DNA of 63,833 bases, filler included, from Conidiobolus incongruus B7586 (taxonomy: Eukaryota): the NCBI GenBank assembly GCA_000697335.1. It is 45 parts of 45 records of this genome, joined end to end, with 100 filler letters (N's around TTAATTAATTAA, not from the genome) between each part and the next. Parts side by side here need not be neighbours in the genome. Positions count along the whole stretch, not along the records: positions 40,418 to 41,982 come from JNEM01000661.1; positions 42,083 to 44,070 come from JNEM01000662.1; positions 44,171 to 45,479 come from JNEM01000664.1; positions 45,580 to 46,750 come from JNEM01000665.1; positions 46,851 to 48,107 come from JNEM01000666.1; positions 48,208 to 49,271 come from JNEM01000667.1; positions 49,372 to 50,467 come from JNEM01000668.1; positions 50,568 to 51,575 come from JNEM01000673.1; 37 more parts are not named here. One strand, given 5' to 3'. The position numbers and the translations under genes were made by a program. Below are positions 40,728 to 54,020 of the stretch, in pieces (the stretch's first letter is position 1; the number at the start of each line of letters is the position of its first letter). The notes below the pieces were generated by a model. The model was not told the origin of the DNA. It saw nothing but the letters and a program-made list of their open reading frames with translations, and made no database searches.

Positions 40728-41982
40728 CACTAACCTATAAAAGTGAGTTATAAAATCAAAAACACTTATATTTTTACTAATAATTTATTTAATATTTAAT
40801 AAAATAAACTTAAATTAAATAATTAATATATATTTTATCTATTAATTATATAAATCATTAAATGATGGTATTTAGTTATTAATTAGCTAAAATATAAGCT
40901 TTTAAATTTTGCTTAAGGTAAGTTATAATTTTATAGGTTTTTGATGATAAAAAAAACATTAAGACTTAATATATCTATTTTTAGTTTTTTTAACTTTTTT
41001 AAGTTGATGGGTATAAAATCAACTAACTTTTTATATTAAAAAAGGTTAATATTGTTCTATGCTTCTTATAAATACTTTTATAGCTAATTTAAATCTTTTG
41101 TTAAAAAAAAAGCTTTAATAGCTTTTTTTAACTAATCCTAAATATATTTAATTAATTAAGATTAAATAATTATAAGAGTTATTTTATAGTTATTATCTTG
41201 TTATTTTTAAGTTATTTGGTAATAGAAGTTATAATATAATAAAAAATAATATCTTATTAGAAAATAATATTAAATCTATTTAACCTATATTATTCAATAG
41301 TTTTTTTTAATTTATTGTTTAAAATACTTTAATATTTTTAATATTAATTCCCCCATTAATTTTATAAAAAAAACCTTATACTTAAAAACAGTATATATCT
41401 TTAAATTATTATTAACTTATTATTATACTTTTGTGTAAAATTATCATAATAATTAAAAAGTAATTTTATATTTTTTTAAAATATCTAGTTTTTTTATTAG
41501 ATTTACTAAAATATATTTTTGTTTTATTAAACTAAATAATTTTAATTAATTTTAGTTTAAAATTAATAATATCATTTATATTCCTATTTTACTTTATAAC
41601 AAGATTTTTTTTAATTATAGGTATTTTTTCTTGAAATATAAAAGATATCTATGTTAATATAAAATATATATAATAGTATTAATACTAACTAATACTCTTA
41701 TTTAGTTTTATAATTCCTGTTATATTTCTATAATAGTACTATACTAGCTTATATTAACTAAATTATAAATATATTTCTTATCATAATCATCTATAATATT
41801 AATACACTAAAGTTTAAATTCAAATGTGTTTTTATTGTTATTTTTAATATCTTTTACTAAAGTAAACTAGCTAACACTAGTATTTCTAGTAATATCATAA
41901 ATTGATTTATCTTCTTTATAAAGTTAATTAATACATAAGTAAATTTTTTTAAAGAGGGATTTAAATATAATAATAATAATAA
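40728..41982 (-). mobile_element. Tc1-like DD34E transposon (subfamily A) inserted into another copy
   Basis: TA (40726-40727) + CACTAACCTATAAAAGTGAGTTATAAAATCAAAAACAC, the best-preserved TIR in the window. Confidence 0.93.
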
Positions 41983-44254
41983 NNNNNNNNNNNNNNNNNN
42001 NNNNNNNNNNNNNNNNNNNNNNNNNNTTAATTAATTAANNNNNNNNNNNNNNNNNNNNNNNNNNNNNNNNNNNNNNNNNNNNAAATAATTAATTTAATTA
42101 ATAATTCATATATTAATCAAATATTTTATATATATTTATAAAACTAAATACATTACTTAATATTTATAATACTATTAAACATTATTCAAAGTTTATTATT
42201 TTATCAATATAAATTATGCCAAATTATAATTCAATCGTACATATAATTGTAATCCAATCAACTAAATACATTTGAGTTAAATTTCATTATTAATTTTGAT
42301 AGATAGTTCAAAGTTTATTTTTAATTTTTAATCAAATGATTTTTAAATTTAAAATATTGTATTTTTAATTTTGATATTTGAATTTTAATAATTTGAATTC
42401 ATTAAAAAAAATATTAAATTAATTTCGGATTTTAATAATAGTACTATAATAAATAATAAAGTAATTTCAATAATTAATTGAGATTCTTATGGATATAAAA
42501 TTCAAATTAATTTTTTTTCTTGTATTTATATTATTACAAACGATATCTCCAAATAAAATTTTATTAATTGATGTGATTAATATATAAATTTAAAATGTAA
42601 TAAAATAATTAAGATCGATTTAATAACAAATATATAGATAACAAGTTAATTATTTTCTTATTCAAATACTTTTATATTATTTAAAATTAAATTCAGTTTG
42701 AATGAGTCAATTTCAATTATTCATATTTAAAATTAATTAAGGAAGTTATTGAATTATTGAAGATATAGAAAGAATTATTTATATTTTTAAACTTACGATG
42801 AATTCTTTGGTAATATATTATAAATTCTTTCAATTAGCCAATATTTGAAAATTATATAAAATTCTCAAATAAAAAAAATATTATAACTGAAATCATTAAT
42901 TAAATATATATTATAATTTTGGAATTAATTTAGAAAAATCATATAATTAAAATATTATTGATATAATATATTGATTTGAACTACTAAATTTAAATAAAAT
43001 ATATTTTTGAAAATCAAACTTATAAATAAGGTTTTTTGAACAATATAACTAATATTTAACTTTCAACTATTATAAGTTACCAAATATTAATATATAATTT
43101 AGATAAAAGCTCAATATTAAGATTCAAACTATATATTATTATTATATTAACTGAAAAAAAGTCTTATTGAAATAAATTTTGAATTTTGATATCTATTGAT
43201 AATTATAATATATAAAAATTATTCCAAGGAATATAAAAAAATATAATTATTTTATTCATAATTATTAATTAAATTTTTAAATATTAATTTTATTTTGATT
43301 TAATATCAAATAAATAATATATAACAAATAAAGCTATTTTTATTAAAAATATAATTCAATTATGATTTTATAAATGATATTTTAAAGTGGTAAACACCTA
43401 TGATTCAAATAAAATGATCAAAATATCAATAACTATTATATTATAAAAATTATTACAAGATTATAAAAACTAATTCAAAATTGTTTTAGTATATTCATAT
43501 TTTTTAAAATTTCAATTTTACAACATATAAATTAAATGTCAAAATATACGAAAAGAAATTATTAATTTCGAATATTAATTATATAAAAATTTTTACAAAA
43601 AATATTTTAAACATTTTATATTTAAATATGAGTTCAATATATATTTAAATAATATAAATTCAAAAAAATTTTCATCAACAATAAATATTAAAGTTAAAAT
43701 ATTTGTAAGCAATTATTACTTAACAAAATAAACAATAAATGATATTTTTATAATTATTATTTCAATTAGTAAGAATTACTTTATTTAAAATTATTTTTTA
43801 AAAAAATGATATTTTAATTATAGAATTAACAATATATATATTTTAATAACTTATATATTTGTAAATTTATAAATTAACAAATATTTATTATGATATTCAT
43901 TTTTTTTATCTATTATTTCATATTCCTAATTATGATAATATAAATATATTTTTAAGTTTTTAAAATTTTTTATATCAAAAAAATAAGTTATTTTAAATAT
44001 TTATTTTCATCTAATATTCAAATTTACTTGATTAATATTTATACTTTAAAACTAAATATAAATTAAATATNNNNNNNNNNNNNNNNNNNNNNNNNNNNNN
44101 NNNNNNNNNNNNNNTTAATTAATTAANNNNNNNNNNNNNNNNNNNNNNNNNNNNNNNNNNNNNNNNNNNNAAAAATAATTTATATTTAAAATATCAACTA
44201 ATTTAAACTCTAATTTTTTATTTATATATGTTAATATTAAATATAAAATTATTA

Positions 44255-45479
44255 TTACCTTATATTTAAAATAATGGGAAATTTTTTAATTTCTGATTTT
44301 TCAAATAGATTATTAGTTTAAAATAAATATATATATAAAGCTAATAAGAAATTATATTTTTAATATATATATATATAATAGTTTTTTTGATTAAAAAATT
44401 AACTTTTTAAAATAAGTTGTTTAATTTAATTATACTTAAACTAAGTAATAATCATAAAAAGTATTTTATTTTAATATCAATAAAATTTAACCATAAGTTT
44501 TCTAAAATTATTTAAAATTTATAAGTAGTTTTTAATAATAAAATATTATTTAAATTAATACTTTATTATTGGGTAAATTATTTTAAAGTTAAAAAAAATT
44601 ATCTAAAATTTGTTAAAGTCTAAAAAACCAACTTTAATTATTACTCTTTCAATTATTAATAGAGTAAATTAATATATTGAAAAATACCTTTTTATTTTAG
44701 TTAAAGAATTATCTAGGCACTTTAATATTAATCTTATAAATATTTTATATATATTAAAATTTAAATATAAATTAATAAATAAAAATATAAAATAGGTATT
44801 TTATAATTTAGCTAAATTTTAGAATAAAGCTAGAATAGTTATTATTAAATACACTTTACTAAAATATTACTAGAAGCTTAAACTATTATATTAATAATTA
44901 TAATTGATGAATCTTAAATCTTTATATATAATCCTTTACTAAAATATAGATTAAAATGTTAGATTAAGTTTAATTAAGATCCTTTACAAATCTTTTTAAA
45001 TAAGTATTTTATTAATAAGCAAATATTAATTGTGATAATAAATTATAATGTTATATGCTATTTTTATTTAACTTTTAAAGGAAAATCAATTAATAACAAA
45101 CTTTATATTGTATTTTTAAATTAAAGTATTTCTAATAACTGTTTTCAATATAATTTGAAAAAACTTATTATTCTGTATAATAATTGTAAAATATATAAAT
45201 CTAAAGGTATAAAAAACTTTCTAATTAAAAATAAATGGAAAAAACTACTATATCTAGTATATTCTTGATAATATAACTTATGTGATTATAATTGCTTTAG
45301 ATAATCAGAAAACTAGCTTATAAGAAAGAAAATTTATATAAAAAAATTTAATTAGTTTATGAAATATGAAATTTTAATCTTTAATAACAAGAATTATTTT
45401 TTAAGTTTTAAATCTTTGTTAAAAATATAACAAAAAATTATTAATAATAAAAAAACTATTAAATTTTTATTATATATTT
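44255..45479 (+). mobile_element. mariner DD34D transposon with 5' TIR
   Basis: TA-TTACCTTATATTTAAAATAATGGGAAATTTTT; ATTGATGAATCT (IDES) near 44903; TGTGATTAT (CDY) near 45280. Confidence 0.92.
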
Positions 45480-45729
45480 NNNNNNNNNNNNNNNNNNNNN
45501 NNNNNNNNNNNNNNNNNNNNNNNTTAATTAATTAANNNNNNNNNNNNNNNNNNNNNNNNNNNNNNNNNNNNNNNNNNNNTATATTTAAAATATTTATTAA
45601 TTATAAAAAAACCTAAAATTAGATAATATAATAAATCTCATAATAAATAGTAATATATATTAAATTTTTTTATTAAAATTTTTATTATTTTAAAAATATT
45701 TTAGTAAGTTTAAAAAATTACATATATAT

Positions 45730-46530
45730 TTTTAATAAAAGATTATTAATTACTATAAAGATTCCTTTATCCTTACATTTTATTAATTTGAGTTAGATTA
45801 ATATTATATTGAGGTGTCCTGTATAAATTAGTCTAATTAAACTAATTATATATGCAAAGTCAATATAATTCAATAATAACTATATTATTATAATCTTAAT
45901 ATATATAAAGATATTAAACTTACTCAATAATCTTTAATTAAGATAATTTTGGTTTTGGTATTATTATCTTTTAATTAAATAAAGTTAAGTAATTCAACTC
46001 CTAATAAAGTTACTTAGTATAATATTTAGTGCAATTACAATAATGTCTATAATTGCAATATTAGTCAGTTTATATATCATTAGATTATTTGTGATAAGCC
46101 TAGTTATATTCAGCACTAGAGTGATAATAATATATAATTCTATTGTTGGTATAACCAATAAAATGAAGAGTTAGTGGAGTAAGATGCTTTTATAATTAAC
46201 AAAAGAAAATAAACTTAGTTAGTTATATAAAGCAATAATTTAGGATCTTAAATAACCTTATAATCCAAACCTCTAATTATCCTATAATATCATAGATTTA
46301 TATAGATATAATATATTCTAAAGAAAGATATGACTTTAAGATATATATTATAATAATACATTTATACCATCTAAAGACAAAGGATATATATACTACCCCA
46401 AGTATTTACCCTTGACTCCTGAGTAAATCTAAAGGATCAATGCTTTTAAGTCTGACTTGCTACCTAGTATAGCCATATATATTTCCAAAGGACCTGCTAA
46501 AGGTTTAACCCCTTATACCCTATCTTATAT
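45730..46530 (+). pseudogene. Unidentified decayed coding sequence
   Basis: Locally GC-richer. Long frames interrupted almost only by TAA/TAG, for example FIPSKDKGYIYYPKYLPLTPE*I*RINAFKSDLLPSIAIYISKGPAKGLTP from 46361. Family not recognised. Confidence 0.5.
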
Positions 46531-46850
46531 TTACTATTTATTTTATTAATACTTTAATTATTTTTAAATTTTATTAATAATATCATTATAATCACAATAT
46601 TATTATAAATTAATATATATATATATATTACAAATAATCTTTTATTTATATATTTTAAAATTATATTTATTTTTTAAATTTAGAAAATAAATTTTAATTT
46701 ATATAATTTAAATAAATTTATTTTTATTTATGAATTTTTTAATATATTTANNNNNNNNNNNNNNNNNNNNNNNNNNNNNNNNNNNNNNNNNNNNTTAATT
46801 AATTAANNNNNNNNNNNNNNNNNNNNNNNNNNNNNNNNNNNNNNNNNNNN

Positions 46851-48107
46851 ATTTAAATAATTGAAATTTTTTATGATTAAAAAAAAATAAATATATAATA
46901 TATAATATATAATATATAATTAATATGACTTTTATATTTATAAACTTCTTGCCATACTTTTGGCAAAGTTATAATATCTAGAAAATAATTCATTTTATTA
47001 TGAATTAAAACTTAGTATTTTACAAATAAATTAAATTTTTATATATAAATTTTGTTTCTTTTAAGTTTGTTTTTTAATTAGCCAAAATAATTATAAATAT
47101 ATAAATTATAATCTAGGGAATATATTAGATATGGTATTTTTTTTAATTTTTTTTGATTAAAAATTTTGTTAAGTTTTATATATTTTGCAATTATTATACA
47201 AAATAAAAAAGCTTTTGAAATGATATTAAGAATATTAATTAAAAATATTTTCTTTATAAAAGAAATATAAATTTTGTTAATAGTTAATTTTCCTTCTAGG
47301 AAATAAATAAAAAACATATATGCTATTATAGTCAATTATAATAATTAACTTTTATTTTTTAATAAAATATTAATTTATAAAAACTTATAAAAAGAGTAAA
47401 TTAAATTGAATCTAATATCTTGATTTATATTTTGGTGAAATATTATACAGAATGTTTTAAGCTTCATTAATTATAATATTTTTTTATAAAAACTTGCTTT
47501 TTAATTATATTTTAATTGTTTTTTTAACAATAATTAATTTAGTTATTTTTATACTTTAGATAAATTATATTCTATTTATTTTATATCCATATTAATTAAT
47601 ATATTTTTAAATTTTTTTATCTATGAAATTCTTATATAGCTAAAATTAAAGTATTTTGATAATATTATAGCTAAAATCAAAATATATCTTTTAATATATT
47701 CTATTATTTTATTAATATCAAATAAAGATAATAGTTAAAATTAGTTTTCTAGGATTTAACAAGCTTTAGATAATCTCTCTCCTAATATTGAAATGGTTAA
47801 TCGAACAATAAAAAGTTGATTTAAATAATATTTCATTATTAAAATTTTTTTTAATATTGAATAATTTTATAAGATTTATGGTAAATTTTGATTGATATTA
47901 AAATAAATAACCTTTGACTAATTATTTAATATAAATAATATTAAATTAAATAACTAATTTGTTAATTTTAATTTTTTAATTAAAAAACTATAATATATAT
48001 AAATATATAACTAAAAATTAATTACTTATATTTTTGTTCTGTATATATTTTTTTTAAAATTAATAATTTATTTAATAGATCAGTAATTAAAAAATTTATA
48101 ATTTTTG
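46851..48107 (-). mobile_element. mariner DD34D transposon, divergent near-full-length copy
   Basis: ORF-track piece 47078-47335 ends IPYLIYSLDYNLYIYNYFG, a relic of the YSPD motif; both subterminal motifs visible. Confidence 0.87.
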
Positions 48108-48484
48108 NNNNNNNNNNNNNNNNNNNNNNNNNNNNNNNNNNNNNNNNNNNNTTAATTAATTAANNNNNNNNNNNNNNNNNNNNNNNNNNNNNNNNNNNNN
48201 NNNNNNNAAGGAATTAAAAAATTCATTAAGATATTTTAAGAAATACTATTAAATACTATTATTTTGATTTTAATTAAAGAAAAACATTTTAAGCTATAAG
48301 AAAATTAATTAAAATAATTCAATAGATCTAAAACTATTGATAACTTATAATATTATAAAAATTATTTATATATTCTTAATATTCTTAAGATTTAATAAGT
48401 AATATTTAATAAATCTTATCAATTATTTAATAAAAAATATTAAAACTAGTTAGAGATTAATAAAAAAAATAAAACAAAATATTA

Positions 48485-49271
48485 CTACCATAAAATTAAC
48501 AAAATGGGAAATTTTTTAATTTCTGATTTTTCAAATATATTATCAATTTCAAATATAAAAATATATATAAAATAAATGAGAAAAGAGATAGTTTTGAATT
48601 ATATATATAATAATTTTTTTGATTAAAAAAATTTTTTTAAAATTAATTATTTAATTTAATTTAATTTAAACTAAATAATAACCATCAAATCTCTTTTATT
48701 TTTGTATTAGTAAAACTTAACCATAAATCCTCTAAAATCATTTAAAATCTACTAATAGCTTTTAATAATAAAGTATTATTTAAATTAATTCTGTATCACT
48801 AAATAAATTACTTTAAAGTTAAGAAAGAAAATACCTAAACCTATTAAAATTTAAAAAAATTAATTTCAACTAATATTTTATTAATTATTAATAAAATAAA
48901 AGGATATATTAAAAAATATGTTTTTATTTCAGCTAAAAAATTATCAAAATATTCTATTATTAGTTATATAAATATTGGATATATAATAAAGTTTAAATTA
49001 AATTAATTAATCAAAATATAAAATAAATATCATATAATTTAACTAAAGTTTAAAAAAGCTAGAGTAGTTATTATTAAACAAAACTTATTAAAATATAGCT
49101 AAAAACTAAAGCTTTTATAATGAATTATTATAATTGATGAATCTTAATTTTTTTTATATAATCTTTTATCAAAACATGAATAAAAGTGTTAAATTAAGTT
49201 AAATCAATCCTTTTTATAAATATCTTTAAATAATTACTTTAATGATAAAAAATTATTAATTGTTATAATAA
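48485..49271 (+). mobile_element. mariner DD34D transposon, 5' part with TIR
   Basis: TA-CTACCATAAAATTAACAAAATGGGAAATTTTTTAATTTCTG; IDES codons near 49133. Confidence 0.9.
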
Positions 49272-50829
49272 NNNNNNNNNNNNNNNNNNNNNNNNNNNNN
49301 NNNNNNNNNNNNNNNTTAATTAATTAANNNNNNNNNNNNNNNNNNNNNNNNNNNNNNNNNNNNNNNNNNNNATATTAATCATAGATGTTAAATTTTTTTG
49401 TTATAAAATATTTAAAAAATAAGTAATAAATCTCTCAACAATATATTTACTTATATATATATATCAAATTTAATATTATGATCTAATTATTTCAATTAGG
49501 TAATATTTTTGTGAAAATAACGGTATAATCATTATTTATTATTGAAATCAGGAAAATTCATGATAAAATTTCTGAATAAATTTTAATTAAATAAGTATCA
49601 ATTTAATTTATTAAAATATTCAATATATTTTACTTTTCACTATTATTTATTTTTTTTATAAGGATTTTGAATCATTTATTTTTGAGTATGAATTGAAAAA
49701 ATTGATATAAATTTCAAATTATATTATATTAATAAAAGAATTGAATTATGAAATACTTTTATTTGTGGCATCCGAATTAAAATTCAAATATATTTTATAA
49801 AAATATATGAAATATAATTTAGTAGAAATTGTAATCAAAACAATTTTAAAATATATAAATTTATATTATTTATCATTCTATCTTTATTAATTTATATTAT
49901 TCTTTATTGTTTTTAATCAAAAAAATGATAAACATTGGAAATGATTTTTCCATTTATATAAAATAATACACCATTTTAAAGATAACTTGAATTTATTAAT
50001 TCAATTCTATTGTTCCAATTACTTTAAAAAATTATTTAAATTCAAATTTGCATGTAAATTATCAAATTTATCAATATTTAATAGATATAAATAAAATTTG
50101 AAAATCAATATTATATCTAGACTATTGAAAATATGAATTAAAAATTAAATCAAGACTTATTATAATAATTTTCAAATTATAAAATTAACTTCAATTTTTT
50201 GATTTCATTGTTTTAATATTTTCTATTTTATTTATTGATATTATTCAACATAATTTTTTTTAATAGTTTAATAATTATTTAATCAGGAAGAAGTATTATT
50301 TATTTCCTTTTATTTATCAACTAATAGTTAAAAAATATTAAATTTTTTAAATTAGAAATTAATTAATTTTTATATATTATACATAAATCTTTCAAAATAT
50401 ATATATTGAATTTTGTAATTCTGGTGTAAATATAAGTTTAATAATTCCAATATATCATTATATATATNNNNNNNNNNNNNNNNNNNNNNNNNNNNNNNNN
50501 NNNNNNNNNNNTTAATTAATTAANNNNNNNNNNNNNNNNNNNNNNNNNNNNNNNNNNNNNNNNNNNNAAATATAAAAATTAAATAATAATATAATTTTTA
50601 TTTAAATTTATTAAATATAATACTTGGTAAAAATATTATAATTAATAAATTTTCATTTATTCTTAAATATATATATATTCTTATAATTAAATTTAGATTT
50701 TTTAACTTTAAATATATTTCATGCTTATTAATTTTATCTAGTATAATACTTATAATTTAATAATTAAACTGAAAAAAATTAAGATATTATTTTATTATTA
50801 TTATTAGTTAGCTATAGAAATATATTTTA

Positions 50830-51500
50830 TATGGTAAGATATTATTCAAAACTCTCTAAATATAGATTAAGATAAGTTAATTGCTTAATGATATTAAATT
50901 TAGATATTTTCTTTGCTGATTATTTTTTTCTTAGGATGAAATTACTATCAATAGAGATTCTAAAGGATAAATTGGGAAATTAGAGTTGATATGGCAAAAA
51001 ATACCATAGAATATCTATTAATATAAAGATTATCAATTTTATATTTATATCAAATAAAATTAATATAATATTAAAAATAAATTTGAAAGTTTTATAATTT
51101 GGAATTATAGCATAATAAACCTAAGAACTGAATCTTTTTTTTAGTTTAAATAGAAATAATATCACTCTTATTAATTATAATATAATAGTCATTATTTTAA
51201 AATAATTTGAATAATTTATATTAAAAATTATCTAAATAAATTTCATTGTTTTTGATATTTAATATAATTTTATTTGAACCTATATTTACTCTAATTACTC
51301 AAATCTCAGAAAGTTTCTATTATTTTTTTAAAAATAAGAAATAAAATCTTATTACAATATAATTATAATCCTTTGAGATATATTATTATCAATGTTCAAA
51401 TGGAAAATATCAAAATTCAGATTTAAAGTTTATTATTGCTAATATTTTAAAATAGATTTTTATTATAGTAAAATGCTCAAGTTGTTATCTGATGTATTTT
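50830..51500 (+). pseudogene. Possible decayed host gene, Cys-motif relic at the 3' end
   Basis: DEITINRDSKG*IGKLELIWQKIP*NIY from 50935, and YQCSNGKYQNSD...KCSSCY near 51387-51488. Confidence 0.35.
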
Positions 51501-51675
51501 AGATTAATAATTATTGTTGAAATCATAATTTAATACTCAGGGATAAATAATTATATTATTATTTTTAATTATATANNNNNNNNNNNNNNNNNNNNNNNNN
51601 NNNNNNNNNNNNNNNNNNNTTAATTAATTAANNNNNNNNNNNNNNNNNNNNNNNNNNNNNNNNNNNNNNNNNNNN

Positions 51676-52692
51676 ATTATATATTTTTATTAATAACTCT
51701 GTTAATTCTTAATAAAATTAATTTAAATTAAAATATATAATAAACTTATATTATTTATTTATAATTAAACATATTTGATCTAATTATATTAACTTTTAGT
51801 TGATATATTAAAATTTAAATTTTATCTAAGAGAAGTTATAAATTTATGTATTTTAGTTATAAAAACAAAATTAATACTTAATATATTTATCTTCTGTTTT
51901 TTTAATTTCCTTAAGTTTATAAGGTATAGAGTTAATTTATTTTTTGCATTAAGAATGATTAATTTTGTTTTAAGATTTTTAAATATATTTTTAAAGCTTA
52001 TTTAAATTTTTTGTTAATAGGAAAGCTTTAATAATTTTTTTAACTGATCCTAAAGATATTTAAATAGATTAAAATTAAAAAATTAAAAAAACTACTTTAT
52101 AACTATTATTTTATTATTTTTAAACCATTTGGTATTAAAAATACTAATATAACAAAAAGTTTTATTTTGTTGGAAAATAACATCTAATTTATATTACTTA
52201 TATCATTTAATAATTATTTTGAATTAATTATTTAAAATATTTTGATATATCTCAATTTTAATTCCTTTATTAACTTTATAAAGATACTTTATACTAGAAG
52301 ATAATATATATCTATAAATTATAGTTAACCTATTATTATATTTTTAAATTAAAATAACATAATGGTTATAAAATAGTTTTTTGTTTTTTCTAAAATATTT
52401 AGCTTTTTTTATTATAATTATTAAAGTATATTTTTGTTTTATTAGATAAAATAACCTTATTTTAATTAGTTTTAATTTAAATTTAATAGTAATATTTAAA
52501 TTTTTGCTTAGCTTTATAATAAGACTTTTTTAATAGGGGTATTTTTTTTAAAACATAAGTAATATCTATTATAATATAAAACATGTATAATAGTATTAAT
52601 ATTAACTAATATTCTTATATAATTTTATAATTCTTATTATATTTTTATCATAATATTATATTTATTTATATTATTTAACCTATAAATATATC
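51676..52692 (-). mobile_element. Tc1-like DD34E transposon, decayed copy (subfamily B)
   Basis: Minus strand retains TTCCAACAA (FQQ) and GATCAG (DQ). Confidence 0.9.
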
Positions 52693-54020
52693 NNNNNNNN
52701 NNNNNNNNNNNNNNNNNNNNNNNNNNNNNNNNNNNNTTAATTAATTAANNNNNNNNNNNNNNNNNNNNNNNNNNNNNNNNNNNNNNNNNNNNTATCTAAT
52801 ATAATTTTTTTTATTTAACTTTAATTAATAATAGAAAAAGATAAATTAATTAATTTTATTTATAATATTCAAAAAAAATATTATATTAATTTGTAATCTT
52901 ATTAAAAATATTAATATTTAATAATAACAAGTATATCTAAATAATAATTGATTACAAAAGCTTTTTAAAATAAATTATTGCAAATTAATTTAATTAGCTT
53001 AAAATTGAAATATTTGATATAAAGAATTAACCTTATTTAGGTTATTTTGAATTTATAACTAAAGCAATATAGATAAAATCATAAAATACTTCAGATATCA
53101 CTTAAATAAGTAGGGAAATCAACTATCAATATTTTTAATTTTTGATTTCAACTTTATTATTCATTTATATAAAAATAATATAATAATGAAAAATTTTAAA
53201 ATATAGGTATTTAATTCTATAACTAAAGACTAAATAATTAGAATAATATAGCTAATAAAATTTTTAATTTTAATAATATTCATCACACTATTTAAGACAA
53301 AATTATTTTAAATATTATATTATAAATTCCAATATATGATCTATTATTAAAAACTAAAAGAGCTTATGTTGAAAAATCAAAACTATTGTTATAAATCCAA
53401 AACAAAGATTTTATTAAAAAAGTATATTATATTGAGATATAATTATAAAGCAATATATTAACTTTTACCTCAAAATAAATCAAATACAAAATATATTTTA
53501 GATTATTAAAAAATTAAATTTGAATTAAAGATTATTATTTTGTAATTTAATATATATATATATAGCAAAACTTATGGAATATTCATTATTAAAAGTAACT
53601 GTTCTTTATTATCTTATCTATTTTATTCATTTATTATAAATTTTTTTAACAAAGATTTTTTGGTAATTTAAAAAATCAGATTCAAAGAACGAGGTTTAAT
53701 GATATTTTAACTTTAAAATCAAAAATTTAAGATGTTTTTTTAAGGTAAAAAATAAAAACCTATGTAAAATGGTTAAGCAATTATTATTAGTATAATATTT
53801 TCCTAATCCAAAACATTAAAGTTATTTATAATCAAAATCATATTATTTTTATTTTAATTTTATATATTTTTTAAACATATAAATTTAAAATTCATAAATT
53901 TATTTTTTAAACCTATATATNNNNNNNNNNNNNNNNNNNNNNNNNNNNNNNNNNNNNNNNNNNNTTAATTAATTAANNNNNNNNNNNNNNNNNNNNNNNN
54001 NNNNNNNNNNNNNNNNNNNN

